DNA of 64,000 nt, from assembly GCF_009914755.1 (NCBI RefSeq), contig NC_060948.1. One strand, given 5' to 3'. Positions 36,680-49,750 of this stretch are shown here, one piece after another; position 1 is the stretch's first letter, and the number at the start of each line of letters is the position of its first letter. The notes under the pieces are model-generated. The model saw only the letters and a list, made by a program, of their open reading frames with translations. It ran no database searches and was not told the DNA's origin. The translations under genes were made by a program, and so were the position numbers. This DNA is from the human T2T-CHM13v2.0 reference genome, Homo sapiens.

Positions 36680-37487
36680 TGAAACAGGAAAATATTTCTT
36701 ATCCCCCACTGCTGGGCAAGAAATTAGGACAGGTTGTGGGGCTCTGACCCCAGGCAGCATCCAGGGGTGAATTTTTACAGCTCCTGAATCCCCACTGGGC
36801 ATATGTTACACGGCGTTAATTTAGTTTATTCATCTGTAGGCAGGTTGTGTTAGCTCAATTAGACACCCTGCCTTACTGCAAGGACAGAGGGCTTTCTGGA
36901 TCCCTGGATTTCCTGCCTTGATGTAATTGAAGAACTGGCTCACACGTGGGCTTCTACAGTAAGTGCAAGGTTTCATTGAGTGGAAGTTCTCAGCAGATGA
37001 ATGGGGAGCTAGAAAGGAGATGGAGTGAGAAGGTGCTTTTCCCCTGGAATGGGGCAGCTCAGCGATCTCCTCTCACAGCCCCGAGGAACTCCGTGTTCTT
37101 CTGTGGTGAATAGCCTACCACCTCCATCCTTGTCCTCTCCTTTCTCTGGCGTCTTCTTGGGGTCCAGTTGCTGTGTCTTTGTCTGCTGATGGTTCCTGTC
37201 GATGTCCAGCTGCTCTGTCTGTGCCTGCTAGGGTCTCAGGGATTCTTATAGAAGATGATGGGGGTATGGCAGGCCAGGGTGGTCTTGGAAAGTGCAACAC
37301 TTGGGCAAAACAAAAACAAAACAAAACAAAAAACAAAAAAACAGAAGGGCATGTCCTCACCAATTTGGGCAAGAAAACAGAAGTGTGTGTCCTCATCTAG
37401 GTCAGTGAGCACAGGCCTGAGGGTGGATCCCTAGCCAAGAATCACACCCTCCTCTACCAGACACTTCCCTGCCCCCCTTCCATATCA
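36680..37487 (-). mobile_element. Solo LTR, ERV1 class (MER50/MER52/LTR1-like group)
   Basis: TG...CA termini and a 4-bp TSD ATAT (36676-36679 and 37488-37491). The minus-strand start TGATATGGAAGGGGGGCAGGGAAGTG resembles this group; exact family uncertain. Confidence 0.75.
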
Positions 37488-38689
37488 ATATTTTTTAAAT
37501 TTAAAACTCCAAAAATAGTACCCAGATCCTTTAGAGAAGACAATTGGAGAAGATGGCATTAGAAGAACCAGACTAGGATTAGGGTCACTACATAGAAAAT
37601 GGAAACACAGATGGCATGTCCTGCAGGCCATGGAATTACTGTGGAAAGATATCCCCTACTGAGAAGGAAAGGGAAACAAACAGGCTTCTCTCATCTTTTT
37701 CTCTAATCTCTGCAGTATCACCCCTTGACTGACCTAAAATAGGGAGTAAATTTTATGGGAGCCTAGGAAATGTGCCTCCCAGGGGTCAGGCATCTCTATA
37801 ACAGAATAGTGCCAGGGAGAGGTGAGTGATGTATCTGTGGGCATACAAACCCAGGACCTCACACAAAGGAGTATCAGAGAGAAATATAGTATGAAGAGAT
37901 TAAGAGAGAAGTAGTATCAGGAATGATTCATGCATGATATTTGTGAAGAGGACAAAAAGTAAAACAGAGCTTATGAGGTAGTAAACATAATAAGAACATA
38001 AACAAAAGCAGGCAAAATTGTAAAGTCCAGGGTATTAACTTTCCTTTATAGGATTTTGAAAATCCCTTGCAGAATCCCTTTCCCAATAGCTTCCTTTCAT
38101 AGATTCATTCAAGAAATATTTAGTGAGCTAGTATGGTCTAAGAATTGGTCAGATGGCATCATGTGCATTGTTAGTACTTCTTTTGATAGAAAGAATGTTT
38201 CTTTTTTTCTACAATGTTTTCCTCCCAAACATTCTTCATGGAAATTTGAATCCTTACTGATCCAGTCAATTGTTCCTGCCCTAAGAATGGTCCCCAAACC
38301 CCTGCAAACCCCGTTAAGAACTTCATTCCTCTCCAACTAAGTTACTAAATTGTGTCTATTGTAACACTTGTCAGAGTACATTGCAATTATCGCTGTTCTC
38401 TTTATTCTCCAATTAAACTATGAATATTTTGAAGGAAATGTCTATAAACACAATGGCCTGTCATTTGTCAATACTTATTGTACCAAAGGTTATTAGATAT
38501 TTACATATAATATTATAACATATTTATCCTAATTTTTGGAAAACAATATAAACAATGTTCACTGCCCATTCCCCATGAACTGCTCAACTTTAAACAATGT
38601 CTATGCTTTGGAGCAATTGTACAAACTTCCAAAGAACACCGGAAAGTGTTTTTATTTTGTTTGACTTTGTTCTGTTATATTGAATTATT

Positions 38690-38943
38690 TTGTAGAAACA
38701 AAGTCTTGCCCTGTGGCCCAGGCTGAAGTGCAGTGTGCAATCACAGCCCACTGCAACATTGAACTCCTGAGTGAATAGAAAAATAGGTGTGTGCCATCAT
38801 GCCCAATTTAATTAATTAATTAATTAGTTACTTTTGTAGAGACTGGTCTTGCTATGTTGCCTGTGCTAGTCTCAAACTCTGGGTTTGAAGCAATTCTCCC
38901 TTCTCAGCCTCCCAAAGAGCTGTGATTCCAGGCATGAACCACC
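38690..38943 (-). mobile_element. Old Alu (AluJ-like), partly deleted
   Basis: Antisense Alu motifs CCCAGGCTGAAGTGCAGTG, CTTGCTATGTTGCC and CTCAGCCTCCCAAAG. Confidence 0.8.
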
Positions 38944-39214
38944 AGATCTCAAAGAGGAAATTTTAGATTTTACAATATTGCAATATGTTAGACTTCATTT
39001 CTTCTTTCAATTTTGCATTTGCAGAAGCACTTGAGAATAATTATTTCTTATGGTGAGAGGGTGATTTCTCATATTTGGTCAACAAATTTTGAAATCGTTA
39101 TTTTGTTTACTGAAACCCTAATAACTGGTAGTCAAGTCAGCTGAAAGTCAAGTACATGAGTGTTTTTGTGTTGAGGTTTTGAAGACAAATGTAGAGAGAT
39201 ATTAAGAACCAAAG

Positions 39215-39219
<5 letters not shown>

Positions 39220-39245
<26 letters not shown>
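39220..39245. repeat. (TA)n microsatellite
   Basis: Seen directly. Confidence 0.95.
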
Positions 39246-39321
39246 GCTAAAGCTTCATCCTTGTAGGTGAGGCATCATACATGGCAAGGATAGTTTTATA
39301 AAATACCATGAAATACATAAT

Positions 39322-39389
39322 TTAGTAACCAATTCAGCACTTGAAATTTCCCAACTTAGTAACCAATTCAGCACTTGAAATTTCCCAAC
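39322..39389. repeat. Perfect 34-bp tandem duplication
   Basis: TTAGTAACCAATTCAGCACTTGAAATTTCCCAAC x2. Confidence 0.95.
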
Positions 39390-41178
39390 TTTGTATTCAC
39401 CAGGAGTTAATGATGTATGGCACTTATAGTAAGTAAATTAAGGTTTGAATTGCTGTTATTTAAGTCATTGCTCAGCTAATCATTTAAGGTATCAAAGATT
39501 TTTACTTGTGCAATATCATAAACGCTGGACATTAAATATTAATCACTAGGATTTATGTATCTAAGAGCTACCATCTAATGTGATATTCTTCAGTAAGTTG
39601 ACAGCAATAATTATGCTGAAAAATAGTCATTCCCATAGTGTGAGTCATTACAGCAATTTCCATCTGAGGATTTCATAGTCAGAGTCCAGATCTGGGCAAC
39701 AGTGATTAATATAAAGGTTTTTAATGAGAAGAGATTTTGATATATCTAGCTGTGTTTAGATGTCAGTGCCTTGAATGGATGGGTTTGGTATTAATAAGAA
39801 AGGGTGCATTGGACTGGATACTAAGAAACGTATTGAATTGTTTCTCTTGTTCTCCATAACATGAAAGGTAAATCAGAGATATAGAAACAATGGAAAATTT
39901 CACAGAATGGCCTGACATTTCACTGCACTTTTATTTTTTTTAGCCACTTACAAATTCTTTAAACATACAAAGGTAGGACTGTTACAGGAAAAAAGTGTTG
40001 GTGTGAGAAGTCACAATCCACAGCAAAGTAATAGTCTGTTGTGGATGGCACCTTGAGTGCTGAATTAGAGTGAGAATCAACTTTCAGGCTGCCAACCTGG
40101 GACAAGGAGAATGAAGCTATCAGCAGTTAACATTATTGGATCAATTAAAGTGAATGTCAACAGAGATTTTGTTGATTTTACATCAAATTGAGTATAGGAC
40201 TTCAAATTGATTATTTGATAAGGATAAACTCTTACCAAATTTCCCACATGAAAAATTGAGAACTAAAAGATTACACAACCCATACATTATGAGTATCTCA
40301 TATAAATTTAATATACACATGTGCTAACTTACAGTGTGCAAATATTTGTCTATATCTAAATATATCCAAATCCATTGATGAACAGTTAGAAATTTAGAAA
40401 TTATTCTCCCATTTTAACTTTCCCTTTCCTAGAATTTTGTCACAAATATAATTTTTCCCTCTGTTTGAAGCCTACTCTCTGGAGGCATGTAATATATGGA
40501 TACAGTAAAGCCATGAGATATTACAGGGTTTGTATCAGAGAAAATAATAAAACTGGTGTTATAAAAGATCCACTGTAAGGAGAATTTTATACTTCACATG
40601 ACTACGAATACAGAAGTGTTATTTCATTGAAAGCTGATATCAGTCAATACAATTTGTTTTTAATGTTTTGTTTAAAATACTTAATCTCAAAAGGATTATT
40701 TGAGTAATGTTATTGGTAATAAATAACGATTAAGAATTTCCTTTCATTTGTTGATTATTTAAAATGCAAGTAAAATACTAAAAAGTACTGTATAATGTAG
40801 TTTCATGATGCATTCTCTGTGGTTTTTGTAAAATTAATAGCCTCAATGGAATTTTTTGACACAGAGAAATTTCCTTATTTCATTATTGTACTTTCACTTT
40901 ATTACTTGCTTGCATATCATAACTGATGGAAATAAAATATTTTTATTTACACATATACAAAGCATGGAATTTTATGTTTTCTAGTGAGAAAAAGTCACCA
41001 ATAATTTTATCAGTATAGGAAAATTTTGATATGCCCAAAGTTCTTAACTTTCTTTTCTTTAGAAGTTTCATATTTCAGTCTAGGTATGAGATGGAATTGA
41101 CTGTGATCATTGTTTTTATTTCACTGTGACTACTGAGTTTCTGATACAGTGATACTAATGTATAGACTTAAAAGCTTG

Positions 41179-41232
41179 CCTCCTCCTCCTCCTCCTTCTT
41201 CTTCTTCTCCTCCTCCTCATCCTCCTCCTCCC
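41179..41232. repeat. Compound (CCT)n(CTT)n trinucleotide repeat
   Basis: Seen directly. Confidence 0.95.
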
Positions 41233-42314
41233 CGCTTTGGACCTGTCCATGTGATTTCTGCAGTAATATGCACCGTTATCTGAAATAAGGTTACTAAAAG
41301 GTACAAGCATAAGTGGAATTCTTTATTTTTATGAACCTTTAGGAACAGACAAGTAAAACTGAAACATAGTTGTGATATGAATTTAAGTCTGCAGTTTCTC
41401 ACAGAAGTCCAAAAGGGTGAAAATAAATTTAAAAATGCATGCCTCATCCAAAACATCATGTAGAATAATGAAAAATTTAATTTGACATAAATACCAATTT
41501 AAAAGTTATAATTATTTCAGGTGAGAGAAAGTAGCACTAAAAATCCTATTTTTCCTGTTTAAGTACATAACTATTACTGTATCTTCAGGCCTTAAAAAGT
41601 GTTAAGTTTAACTTAAGCAACAACTTTCTGGCAATTTCTAACAATGAGTGCATCATCTTAGAATTTCTCCAAGAATTTTTTGGGAGAAATATAATCAAAT
41701 TTTGCTCTGTAAACAATTGAATTAATCAATAGAATTATTGACTGTAGTCTTGAAATTTCATTGTCCTTCTCTTTTCAGTTTTTACATATTCTATTTAAAG
41801 TTCAAAATCCCCTAGGAAAAATATGATAAATAACAATGACTGAAAAAGTTGAGAAACAAAAACTGAGCAGCAGACACATTTCAGGCTTTCCTTTATGAGA
41901 ATGCTACACTAACCATGTAATATACACAATATAAATCACTGTGAGAAAAAAAAACATTTGTGTAGCTACTTGACAGTTTATACAGTAACAGCAAATATTC
42001 TCACTTGAACTTCAAAAGGGTTTTTAAGCTTGTGTTTCATAAATGAGGAAAATGTGGTTTGTATTTCCTGTATTTGCCTATTACAGCAGTTATCACACTT
42101 ATTATTCCTCATTTATCTCTGTGCCTGTAACAACTGCACTCTCAGAAGAGCAAGGACCATGTTTTTCTGAGCTTCTTGCAGACTGCCAGGCTTATTGTGG
42201 CATTTAGAAACTATCCGCTGAATGTTTGTGACATTTTCATGCGAGTTAGATTCTAGGCCACTTGATACTAATCTTCTATTTAATATTTGGGTTTGGAGAG
42301 CTATTTTTCCTTTT

Positions 42315-42540
42315 CAGTTTTTTTTTCTTTTATCTTTTTTTTCTTTTTTTATTATAAATTAAGTTTTAGGGTACATGTGCACATTGTGCAGGTTAGTTAC
42401 ATATGTACACATGTGCCATGCTGGTGCACTGCACCCACTAACTCATCATCTAGCATTAGGTGTATCTCCCAATGCCATCCCTCCCCCCTCCCCCCACCCC
42501 ACAACAGTCCCCGGAGTGTGATATTCCCCTTCCTGTGTCC
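42315..42540 (-). mobile_element. Young L1 3' end (L1PA2-like), 5'-truncated
   Basis: T-rich tail followed by AAGTTTTAGGGTACATGTGCACATTGTGCAGGTTAG...GTGTGATATTCCCC, typical of the youngest L1PA 3' UTRs. Confidence 0.88.
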
Positions 42541-42958
42541 ATTTTTTCCTTTTTTTATTATACTTTAAGTTCTAGGGTATATGTTCACAACATACAGGTT
42601 TGTTACATAGGGATACATGTGCCATGTTGGTTTACTGCACACATCAACTCATTATTTACATTAGGTATTTCTCCTAACGCTATCCCTCCCCAGCCCCGCA
42701 ACCCACTGACTGCCCCGTGTGTGGTGTTCCCCGCCCTGTGTCCATGTGTTCTCATTGTTCAACTCCTACTTATGAGTGAGAACAGGCAGTGTTTGGTTTT
42801 CTGTCCTTGTGATAGTGTGCTTAGTATGATGGTTTTCAGCTTCATCCATGACCTTGGAACCACAAAGAGATACCATCTCATGTCAGTTAGAATGGCAATC
42901 ATTAAAATCAGGAAACAACAGATGTTGGAGAGGATGTGGAGAAATGGGAATGCTTTTA
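42541..42958 (-). mobile_element. Older L1PA (PA7/8-like) 3' end with an inverted ORF2 fragment at ~42858-42958
   Basis: Antisense 3' UTR at 42541-42850, then sense ORF2 sequence (RYHLMSVRMAIIK). Confidence 0.85.
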
Positions 42959-42989
42959 AGATTTTTTTAAAGTATATTTTAAGGATATG

Positions 42990-45242
42990 CTTATCTGGAC
43001 ATGGAGTGGACAGTGCAGGTCATGGTCAGTGGGACCTCCAAAGGAGGCACCCCATTCAAATTGGAGGTTCTGCAGGAGAGGGCAGCCAGGGTACAGAGCT
43101 CGAAGGCGCCCTTGGGGGAGGAGAAGGTGCTGGTGGTGGACAACGTCATGGTGGTGGTTGAGAAGAAGGCCAACATGGAGCCTGGTGGAGGACCAGCAGA
43201 CACTGCCTGGTCCTGGCCCCAGCACACCCTGGCCAGCCACAGATTCGCTGGAGGTCCTTCACTTGAAGCAGAGTTCCATGAATAACCAGGCCACATGGCC
43301 TGCCCACAGCTGAGAGGGAACCTTTGGCAGAGGTGCCTCCCCCGCCTGGATGGCACAGGGGCCATCAGCCAGGGCATCTCCAGCTTCTGGGCCACAGCCA
43401 CATCTTTGCAGCTGCCCATTCGGAATGACTGGCAGCAGGGGGTGGGCATCTGGCTTCCTGGGGTGGGGAGCAGGGGAGCCAAGCAAGGGGCACACGGGGC
43501 CAACCAGGAGGAAGGGGATGGGGGATAGTGAGGGGATCTGAGGCCAGGGTCCTGCAGATAGGAGGGCAGCTTGCTTGGGGGTGCCCTGAGAGCACGTGGT
43601 AGGGACTGGGAGCCAAGCTCAGCACTCACAAGGGAGAATAGCGGCCCCATGGACCCTTCACGCACAGCAGAAACTTGAAGGGCATGTTTCCATGAGAAAG
43701 TCCTTGGAGGAAGGGGAGTCTGCATGCCCATGCCAGCCATAGAAACCACCCTGGCTGCCCATGTCTGTGGCCAGCAGCCTTACCCCAGAAACACAAGGTG
43801 CTTCAGACTCAGGTTCACGGTGCACGGGGCTGCTGTCATCTGCAAGGCAGGCACCAGCTCCCCAGATAGGCTTTCTTCCTTCTGCCTGCACTGCACCCAA
43901 AGAGCTGTAGGCCCTGGGCATATACAACCTCCGTTGCACATACACCTCCATTACACACATGGGAGCCCCATGGGGAGTGACAGGCACAGCCCTGCAGTCC
44001 CTTCTATCCACAGCAGCTCCATCAAGTGGACATGCCCACCTCTCAGGGAGACCAGAAGAGGGGACTGCACACCTGGACACCCTCAGCAGAGCCAGTCCAG
44101 TATCCAGCACACAATGACCATGTGCAGCTCAGCAACTCTGAAGATACAGCCGCCTCACACAACGGCACCCCACACCCAATCCCCTGCCTACTTGTGCCGC
44201 CCGCTCCTTGTTGGCAGGGGCTTTCTGGGCCTCCCTCCACCCTCCCACAAGACCACCACAACCACTACCATGCCCCCAACACTGGACAGAGACAGGACCA
44301 CGAATGCAGGGTACCAGGTCAAAGGTTTTGGGATAGCCCTGCCAAACACTCTCCCAGCTCTTGCAAAGTTGTGGGGTGTTTCCTGGCATGCCCACCCAAT
44401 CATCTGGAGGTTCCTTGACCAGAGGCAGATTGTGCAGCACACCTACATGTCGGCAGAGTTCAGAAACCATGAGGAAGTCCTGCTAAGTAAGCTACAGGAT
44501 GGATTTGAAGCTCAGGCTGAGGAGCCAGGGTCTGCAGGACGGGTCCAGGGTCCTGTTCAGGTTGAGGTCCTCCTGGGGCACAGGGGTGTCTGAGTGGTAG
44601 AGCTGGGAAGGGGCAACACATGCTTCACCCCAGCCAGCAGGCCCTCAGCCCAGATAGATGAAATGGATCCTTTGAGTCTGTCCTCTTCTTCTTGGCATGG
44701 CAGGTGGAGGAACTCAGTCATCCGGGGTACCGGCAGCAGGATGAAGTGTTCCTTTCATCACTACCTTTATTTCCACAATAAAGTGATCATTAAGGAATAT
44801 CGTGTTCGCATCCTTGGTAAGGAGTGCCTCCTGGTGTGGTAGAGAGGGTGGAGTGTGGGACGCTAGGCCTGGCATGAGCCTTTCTGACTCGTTCCAGGAT
44901 GCAGGGCTTCTGGCTCTAGTGTAGTCCAGTGGTTCTAGAGTCATCAGAAGAAGCCCCACCTTCAGTAAGGACACAGCCTACCTGAGCTTCCTCAGCTAGA
45001 TGGCTGACTGTGACCACTCAGGGTCAGCCAGGACTGCTGAGGCAGGGGCCGCTGTGGGGTGTCATGGGAAAGGACCTTGCTGGTCTTTCCTTGGCATCTT
45101 GGGAACTGGCTTTGAACTATGACCTGACCTTTCACAGACCACTTCCCCACTCCTCCAGATCATCAGTCAGGGCTTCTGACTCAATCCCCTGCAGCACTAC
45201 CTAAGGATTAGGTCCTCAGAGAGGGAACAGAGAGGAGGCCAG
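42990..45242 (+). pseudogene. TSPY: Diverged unprocessed TSPY-family (NAP/SET domain) pseudogene
   Basis: Exon 1 at ~42990-43399 reads KGGTPFKLEVLQE...LGEEKVLVVDNVM...PGPGP...LDGTGAISQGISSFWA and has lost its donor. Exon 2 remnant ~44459-44510 (FRNH), exon 3 44704-44816 (YFHNKVIIKEY), exon 4 44898-45041, exon 5 45159-45242 (NPLQHY). Frameshifts and stops present. Confidence 0.9.
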
Positions 45243-47834
45243 GTAAGCAGCCCACAGCTGGGGGCTCAGAGGCCTGTGGGTCCTGCAGCTGTGACACACA
45301 TGGAGAACTCAAGGCTCAGGGAGGAGCCTGCAGTGAGAAATCCCAGCCATCCCTGGACTGGGGCAGAAAAGCCCATCAGGGAACTGTAACACTCATATTT
45401 CAGAATTGGGGAACCTGAAGTGCCTAAGAGGCAGAAGTGGCAAAGGTCAATGGGTGAGAAGCAACGCTCAAGGGATAGCTGTCTCATCATCCTTCTCTGG
45501 CTCCCTTCTATGCCTTGAGGCCTGCTACTACCTGGGGCTCAGTATGGGCTCAACTAGAGTGCACGCAGGGCATGCCTAGGTCTACGTACTTCTAGAATGG
45601 CTATACCAGCCGTGTCATGTTTTGTTTCAATGACCCCAGGCTCCCCTGACATGCTTTATCCCCTCTGCCATCCTCACTCATGCTTCCCCGGCTCTCAAGA
45701 TATTTCCTATGACATTAAAAAATAGACATAAAGTTTTTAAAATGCCTTAATAATATAGATGCAGATAAAAGATTTCATTATAAAAAGTGCTTTTCCTCTT
45801 TACTTGTATCAAAGTCTTTTTCATGATGGGGAAAAGAATGCAACATACTTTGGTAAGTTAAAAAAGCATAAAAGTAAAAATAAATCCTACTGCAGATGAT
45901 CAATTAAATGGCAGGGGATCTTCTGTGTGTGTCCAGGGAGGGTACGTGGCTGAGCAGTAAGCCTCACCTGAGTATTGGTGTAGACACCCAGTTTCCCTCG
46001 TACCAGTGTGGGTATGGGCACGTTCCAGTTTGCGTGTCCAGCCTGTGTGTCTACGCTGATGCACGCATGTGCACACCTGTGCCTGTGTCCCTTTGTGTAC
46101 CTTGGTTTTGGGAGGGCTGACACTCCTGCCCACAGGTGTGCCTCAAACTCAGCTCTTAAGCTGGCAAGCAGGGTGCCACTGGGTTTGGCAATCCAACTTC
46201 AGGACCCGTGAAGTCTGCATGCTAGGGAGAAGCAAAGAGTCCTCATGGTTCTCACAAATGGCAGAGGGAGGAGGAAAAGGGTGGCTGGCACGAGCTACCT
46301 AGACGAGATGTCATAAACCTGAAATGACACCCAGAGGGATATAAAACCTAGTAGCTGCCTGTGTTTACCTGTGTGTTCGGCCGGGGCATTCAGGTAAGAA
46401 TCAGTGAAACCTGCAGGGCTTTGGGATTCGCTATTCGGGAATCCCTGTGCACCAGAGTCTCTGGCCCATGAGAGAGGACAGCATGTGGGTCCGGCAGGGC
46501 CTGAGTCTCCAGGGAGGCTGGCATTCTCCCCAAGAGGGCATGGGTCGGTAGGTGGAAGAGAAACCTGGGCTGTGGGTTCAGGTAGATGGGACACCTACCA
46601 CTTAGCCAGGTGGGAGCTCAGGAGAGGGCCAGGAGAGCCTAACTGGCCGGTGACACCCCGTCCCAGTGCTGGGTGTGCGCACACGAGCTTTGCCCCATGC
46701 ACCCTCTCCAGGATGCCTCACCTGGGCAGACAGGAAGCAAGGCACACAAGATCCTAAGCTTATGGTCATGAGTGGACCCAGACTGGGGGGTCCCTAGGAT
46801 CACTGTTCCCAGGAGAACCAGGCATGCAGGGTCTCTTCAGGACAGGGGTAAAATGCATAAGCCCTGCTCTCCACCCAGTGAGTGTCATGCCCTGATGATG
46901 TCAGCCATGGCAGATACAGGTCTTCCACCTAGATTGCAGATCCACAGGCTTACAACCTCCCCCTGGCCTTCTCTGGGACAGACCCCTGGACTCTGAAACA
47001 GCCAGTGCCCCAGGACTGTTCCTTCCCCGCCTCCAAGCTCGTGGGAGGCTCAGTGGGGACTCTCCTCCTAGTACATGGCCACCCACAGGCACTGTCAACA
47101 ATCCAGGGCCCTTCTACATTCCAGGGTCCTGCCACCTTACCCAGCAGTGGGATAATGGGGAGGGAAAGAGTGGGAACAGACAGAGCGGGGGCCACAAGCC
47201 TCACCCTCCCACATGGCAAGGGAATGAGGAGATCCTTCTCAGCCCAGGCAGCTGCTTTCAGAACACACACCTGGAAGCCCAGCACCAGCTGAGGGATTCA
47301 CTCTGCCACAGCTGGGCATGGGGGATTTCATTGGGGATTTCATTGTGTGCTGGGGAACTTGATCCTGGTTGCCATACCAGGTGTACCTCTCTTCCAGATC
47401 ACAATATGCTCACACCCTCCTTTACCTGAATGGATTCCTTGTCCTCACCACATGGTGTTAGCTGGAAATGCTACTCCTGGTGCCCCAATTGCTGTTTCAA
47501 GGTGCAGAGACTGACCAGCAGACCCCTGAGTCCTTGTCCTCTTATCCAAGTAATATCCATAGAAATAGTAAAATAGTGGCACATTAGACCTAGTGATAAT
47601 TTTAAGGCTGATCTCTTTATAAGCATTTCATCAATATATTTATGACTTTATCTCGTGTATTTTATTTATAACTGTCATTTCAAATTCAATTTTTGCTCAA
47701 GAGTTATTTTAACATATAGCGAAATGTTCAGAGCTATGATACATAGGTTTCAAGTTTAAAAGTCTGTATCTGCTATGATTTTGGGAAAAACCCACAGAGC
47801 ACTTGTAAAAATAGGTAATTATTAGGCATGACCA

Positions 47835-48350
47835 CTGTAGTGGTTTAAAACACACTTTGAAATTCTTCTCAAACCCATTTGAAAATATTCCTGATGGGAC
47901 TGAACACAGTACTTGCTTGTAATGAATAGAAAACAGTGCAAGCATTTTCGGGATACTGGACCACCTCTGGCCTAGTTTAGAAAAGGTGACACAGCTCTGC
48001 CCAAGTCTCCTGCTCTCATCCCCCTTAGGAGCCCCCGACCAGTACACCACGAAGTCTAACACCCTGATAACACTACACAGAAGGGACATCCAATGGAGAG
48101 ACTCAAAGAAATAGAAAAAGATGTCTGAGGATCTCAGCAGTCCAGCCCCTGCTATTTGAGTCACGCTAGCCATGGCACCAGGGAGATGGGAAGACACCCG
48201 CCAACGTCCCCATCCTTGGCCATCACTAGATTGCAACCTCCTGAGTGCCCCTGAACCATATTCATTTGGCTGAGAGACTGAGGGCGATTGCAGAGACTGA
48301 CAGTTAGTAAATTATAATTATTGTTTAAGCCACTAAGTTTTAGACAATTC
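47835..48350 (+). mobile_element. Old MaLR LTR (MLT1G/H-like)
   Basis: TGTAGTGG start and the hallmark TTGTTTAAGCCACTAAGTTTT near the 3' end; highly diverged. Confidence 0.6.
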
Positions 48351-48850
48351 TGAAAAGCACTTTAGACTCCTAGAAAAACTGAGTTGTCTACTCATTTAAT
48401 TGCAGAGAGCTGTAAAGGCTAACATCATGAATAATAATAACCTGGAAAAGTCAAATCATCAAGATTCTTCTAAGCACAACAGATCTTTAATGCCCCTTTG
48501 CTATGGCTGAAGAATAATCTAACATACACCTGATAGAGATGTTTGAAAGCCTCTGTTCACATCTCTCGGCAGGGTAAGGGTCAACTCTAGTCTGGTTTAA
48601 TTCTAGGTAACTGCAGCAGTTCACCTTTCATTTTAGGTCATGGCCTATGCTGATTTTTTGATCACTGACTGTGTCTTTGTCTGTGTGTGTGTTTTGTGTG
48701 TTACGATATTTTATCTGAGGATGCTAAATAATAGTACTATAGTTGTTTTGTAAACAAAAAACATTCCAGGAAGTCAGTATTGTTTATAAACTGAGCTTTA
48801 AAACAGATACGAAATTAGACATGGCAAGATGCCATGTCTAGTATCATACC

Positions 48851-49030
48851 AAAGCTAGCCAAGCTTGGTGGCTCATGGATGTTATCCCAGCTACTTGGAA
48901 GGCTGATGCAGGAGAATCCATTGAACCTGGTGATGGAGTTTCCAGTAAAGTGAGATCACACCACTGTGCTCTAGCCTGGGCAGCAGAGCGAGACTCTGTC
49001 TCAGAAAGAAAAAGAGAATAAAATAATAAA
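48851..49030 (+). mobile_element. Alu right-arm fragment
   Basis: CCCAGCTACTTGG...AGCCTGGGCAGCAGAGCGAGACTCTGTCTC plus an A-rich tail. Confidence 0.8.
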
Positions 49031-49065
49031 ATAGGAGAGATCACTGAAAAGAGAAATGCATAAAA

Positions 49066-49382
49066 CTGGGTGGGCATTGTGGCTCATGCCTGGATCCCAG
49101 CATTTTCAGAGGATGAGGTGGGTGGATCACTAGATGACAGGAGTTCAAGACCAGCCTGAGCAAACATTGTGAAACCTGGTCTCTACCGAAAATACAAAAA
49201 ACATATAGATATATATACACATACATACATACAGGATTGGTGTCATATGATTGCAGTTGCAGCTGCTTAGAAGGGTGTGACTGGACAACTGCTTGAACCC
49301 AGGACAGGGAGGGAGCAGTGAGCTGAGATCACGCCACTGCACTCCAGCCTAGGTGACAGAGCAGGATTCTGTCTTAAAAAAA
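49066..49382 (+). mobile_element. Alu with a (TA/CA)-expanded middle A-rich region
   Basis: Both arms are recognisable. Confidence 0.85.
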
Positions 49383-49579
49383 TTAAATGAGATAAAAAGA
49401 TATAAAGAAAAAAAGAAAGAAACACAGGAATGAAGAAAGGAAGGGAGGGAGGGAGGGAATGAAAATTTGTATGTAACAGTTGTAGGTATTTTTGGCATAC
49501 ATGTGATATTTTGATACAAGTAATGTGAACTGGTAAGCGAGGGATCAAAGAGGGGATGGGGGTGGGTTAAATTATACTT

Positions 49580-49745
49580 GCTTAGAAGGAATAATATCTA
49601 GTGTTCAGTGGCACAGGATGACTACACTTAATAATGATTTATTGTACATCTCAAAATAATTAATAGAGCGAAGGTGGAATGTCGCTCGTACCAAGAAAAG
49701 ATATACCAGACTCAGTGAGGTGGAATGTTGCTCATACCAAGAAAA
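49580..49745 (+). mobile_element. L1MA-like 3' fragment
   Basis: TAGAAGGAATAA...ATTTATTGTACATCTCAAAATA; resumes after the Alu at ~50054. Confidence 0.55.
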
Positions 49746-49750
49746 GATAT

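Noticed and set aside
39500-40200. Possible unrecognised exons in AT-rich unique sequence
   Set aside because: Some splice-like signals are present, but there is no ORF or family I can identify.
42460-43161. 233-aa plus-strand ORF
   Set aside because: It is a chance read-through of antisense L1, inverted L1 ORF2 and out-of-frame TSPY sequence.
42991-44593. 252-aa (-) and 289-aa (+) ORFs
   Set aside because: They lie antisense to, or within, the GC-rich TSPY exon 1/intron 1. They have low stop density and no recognisable domain.
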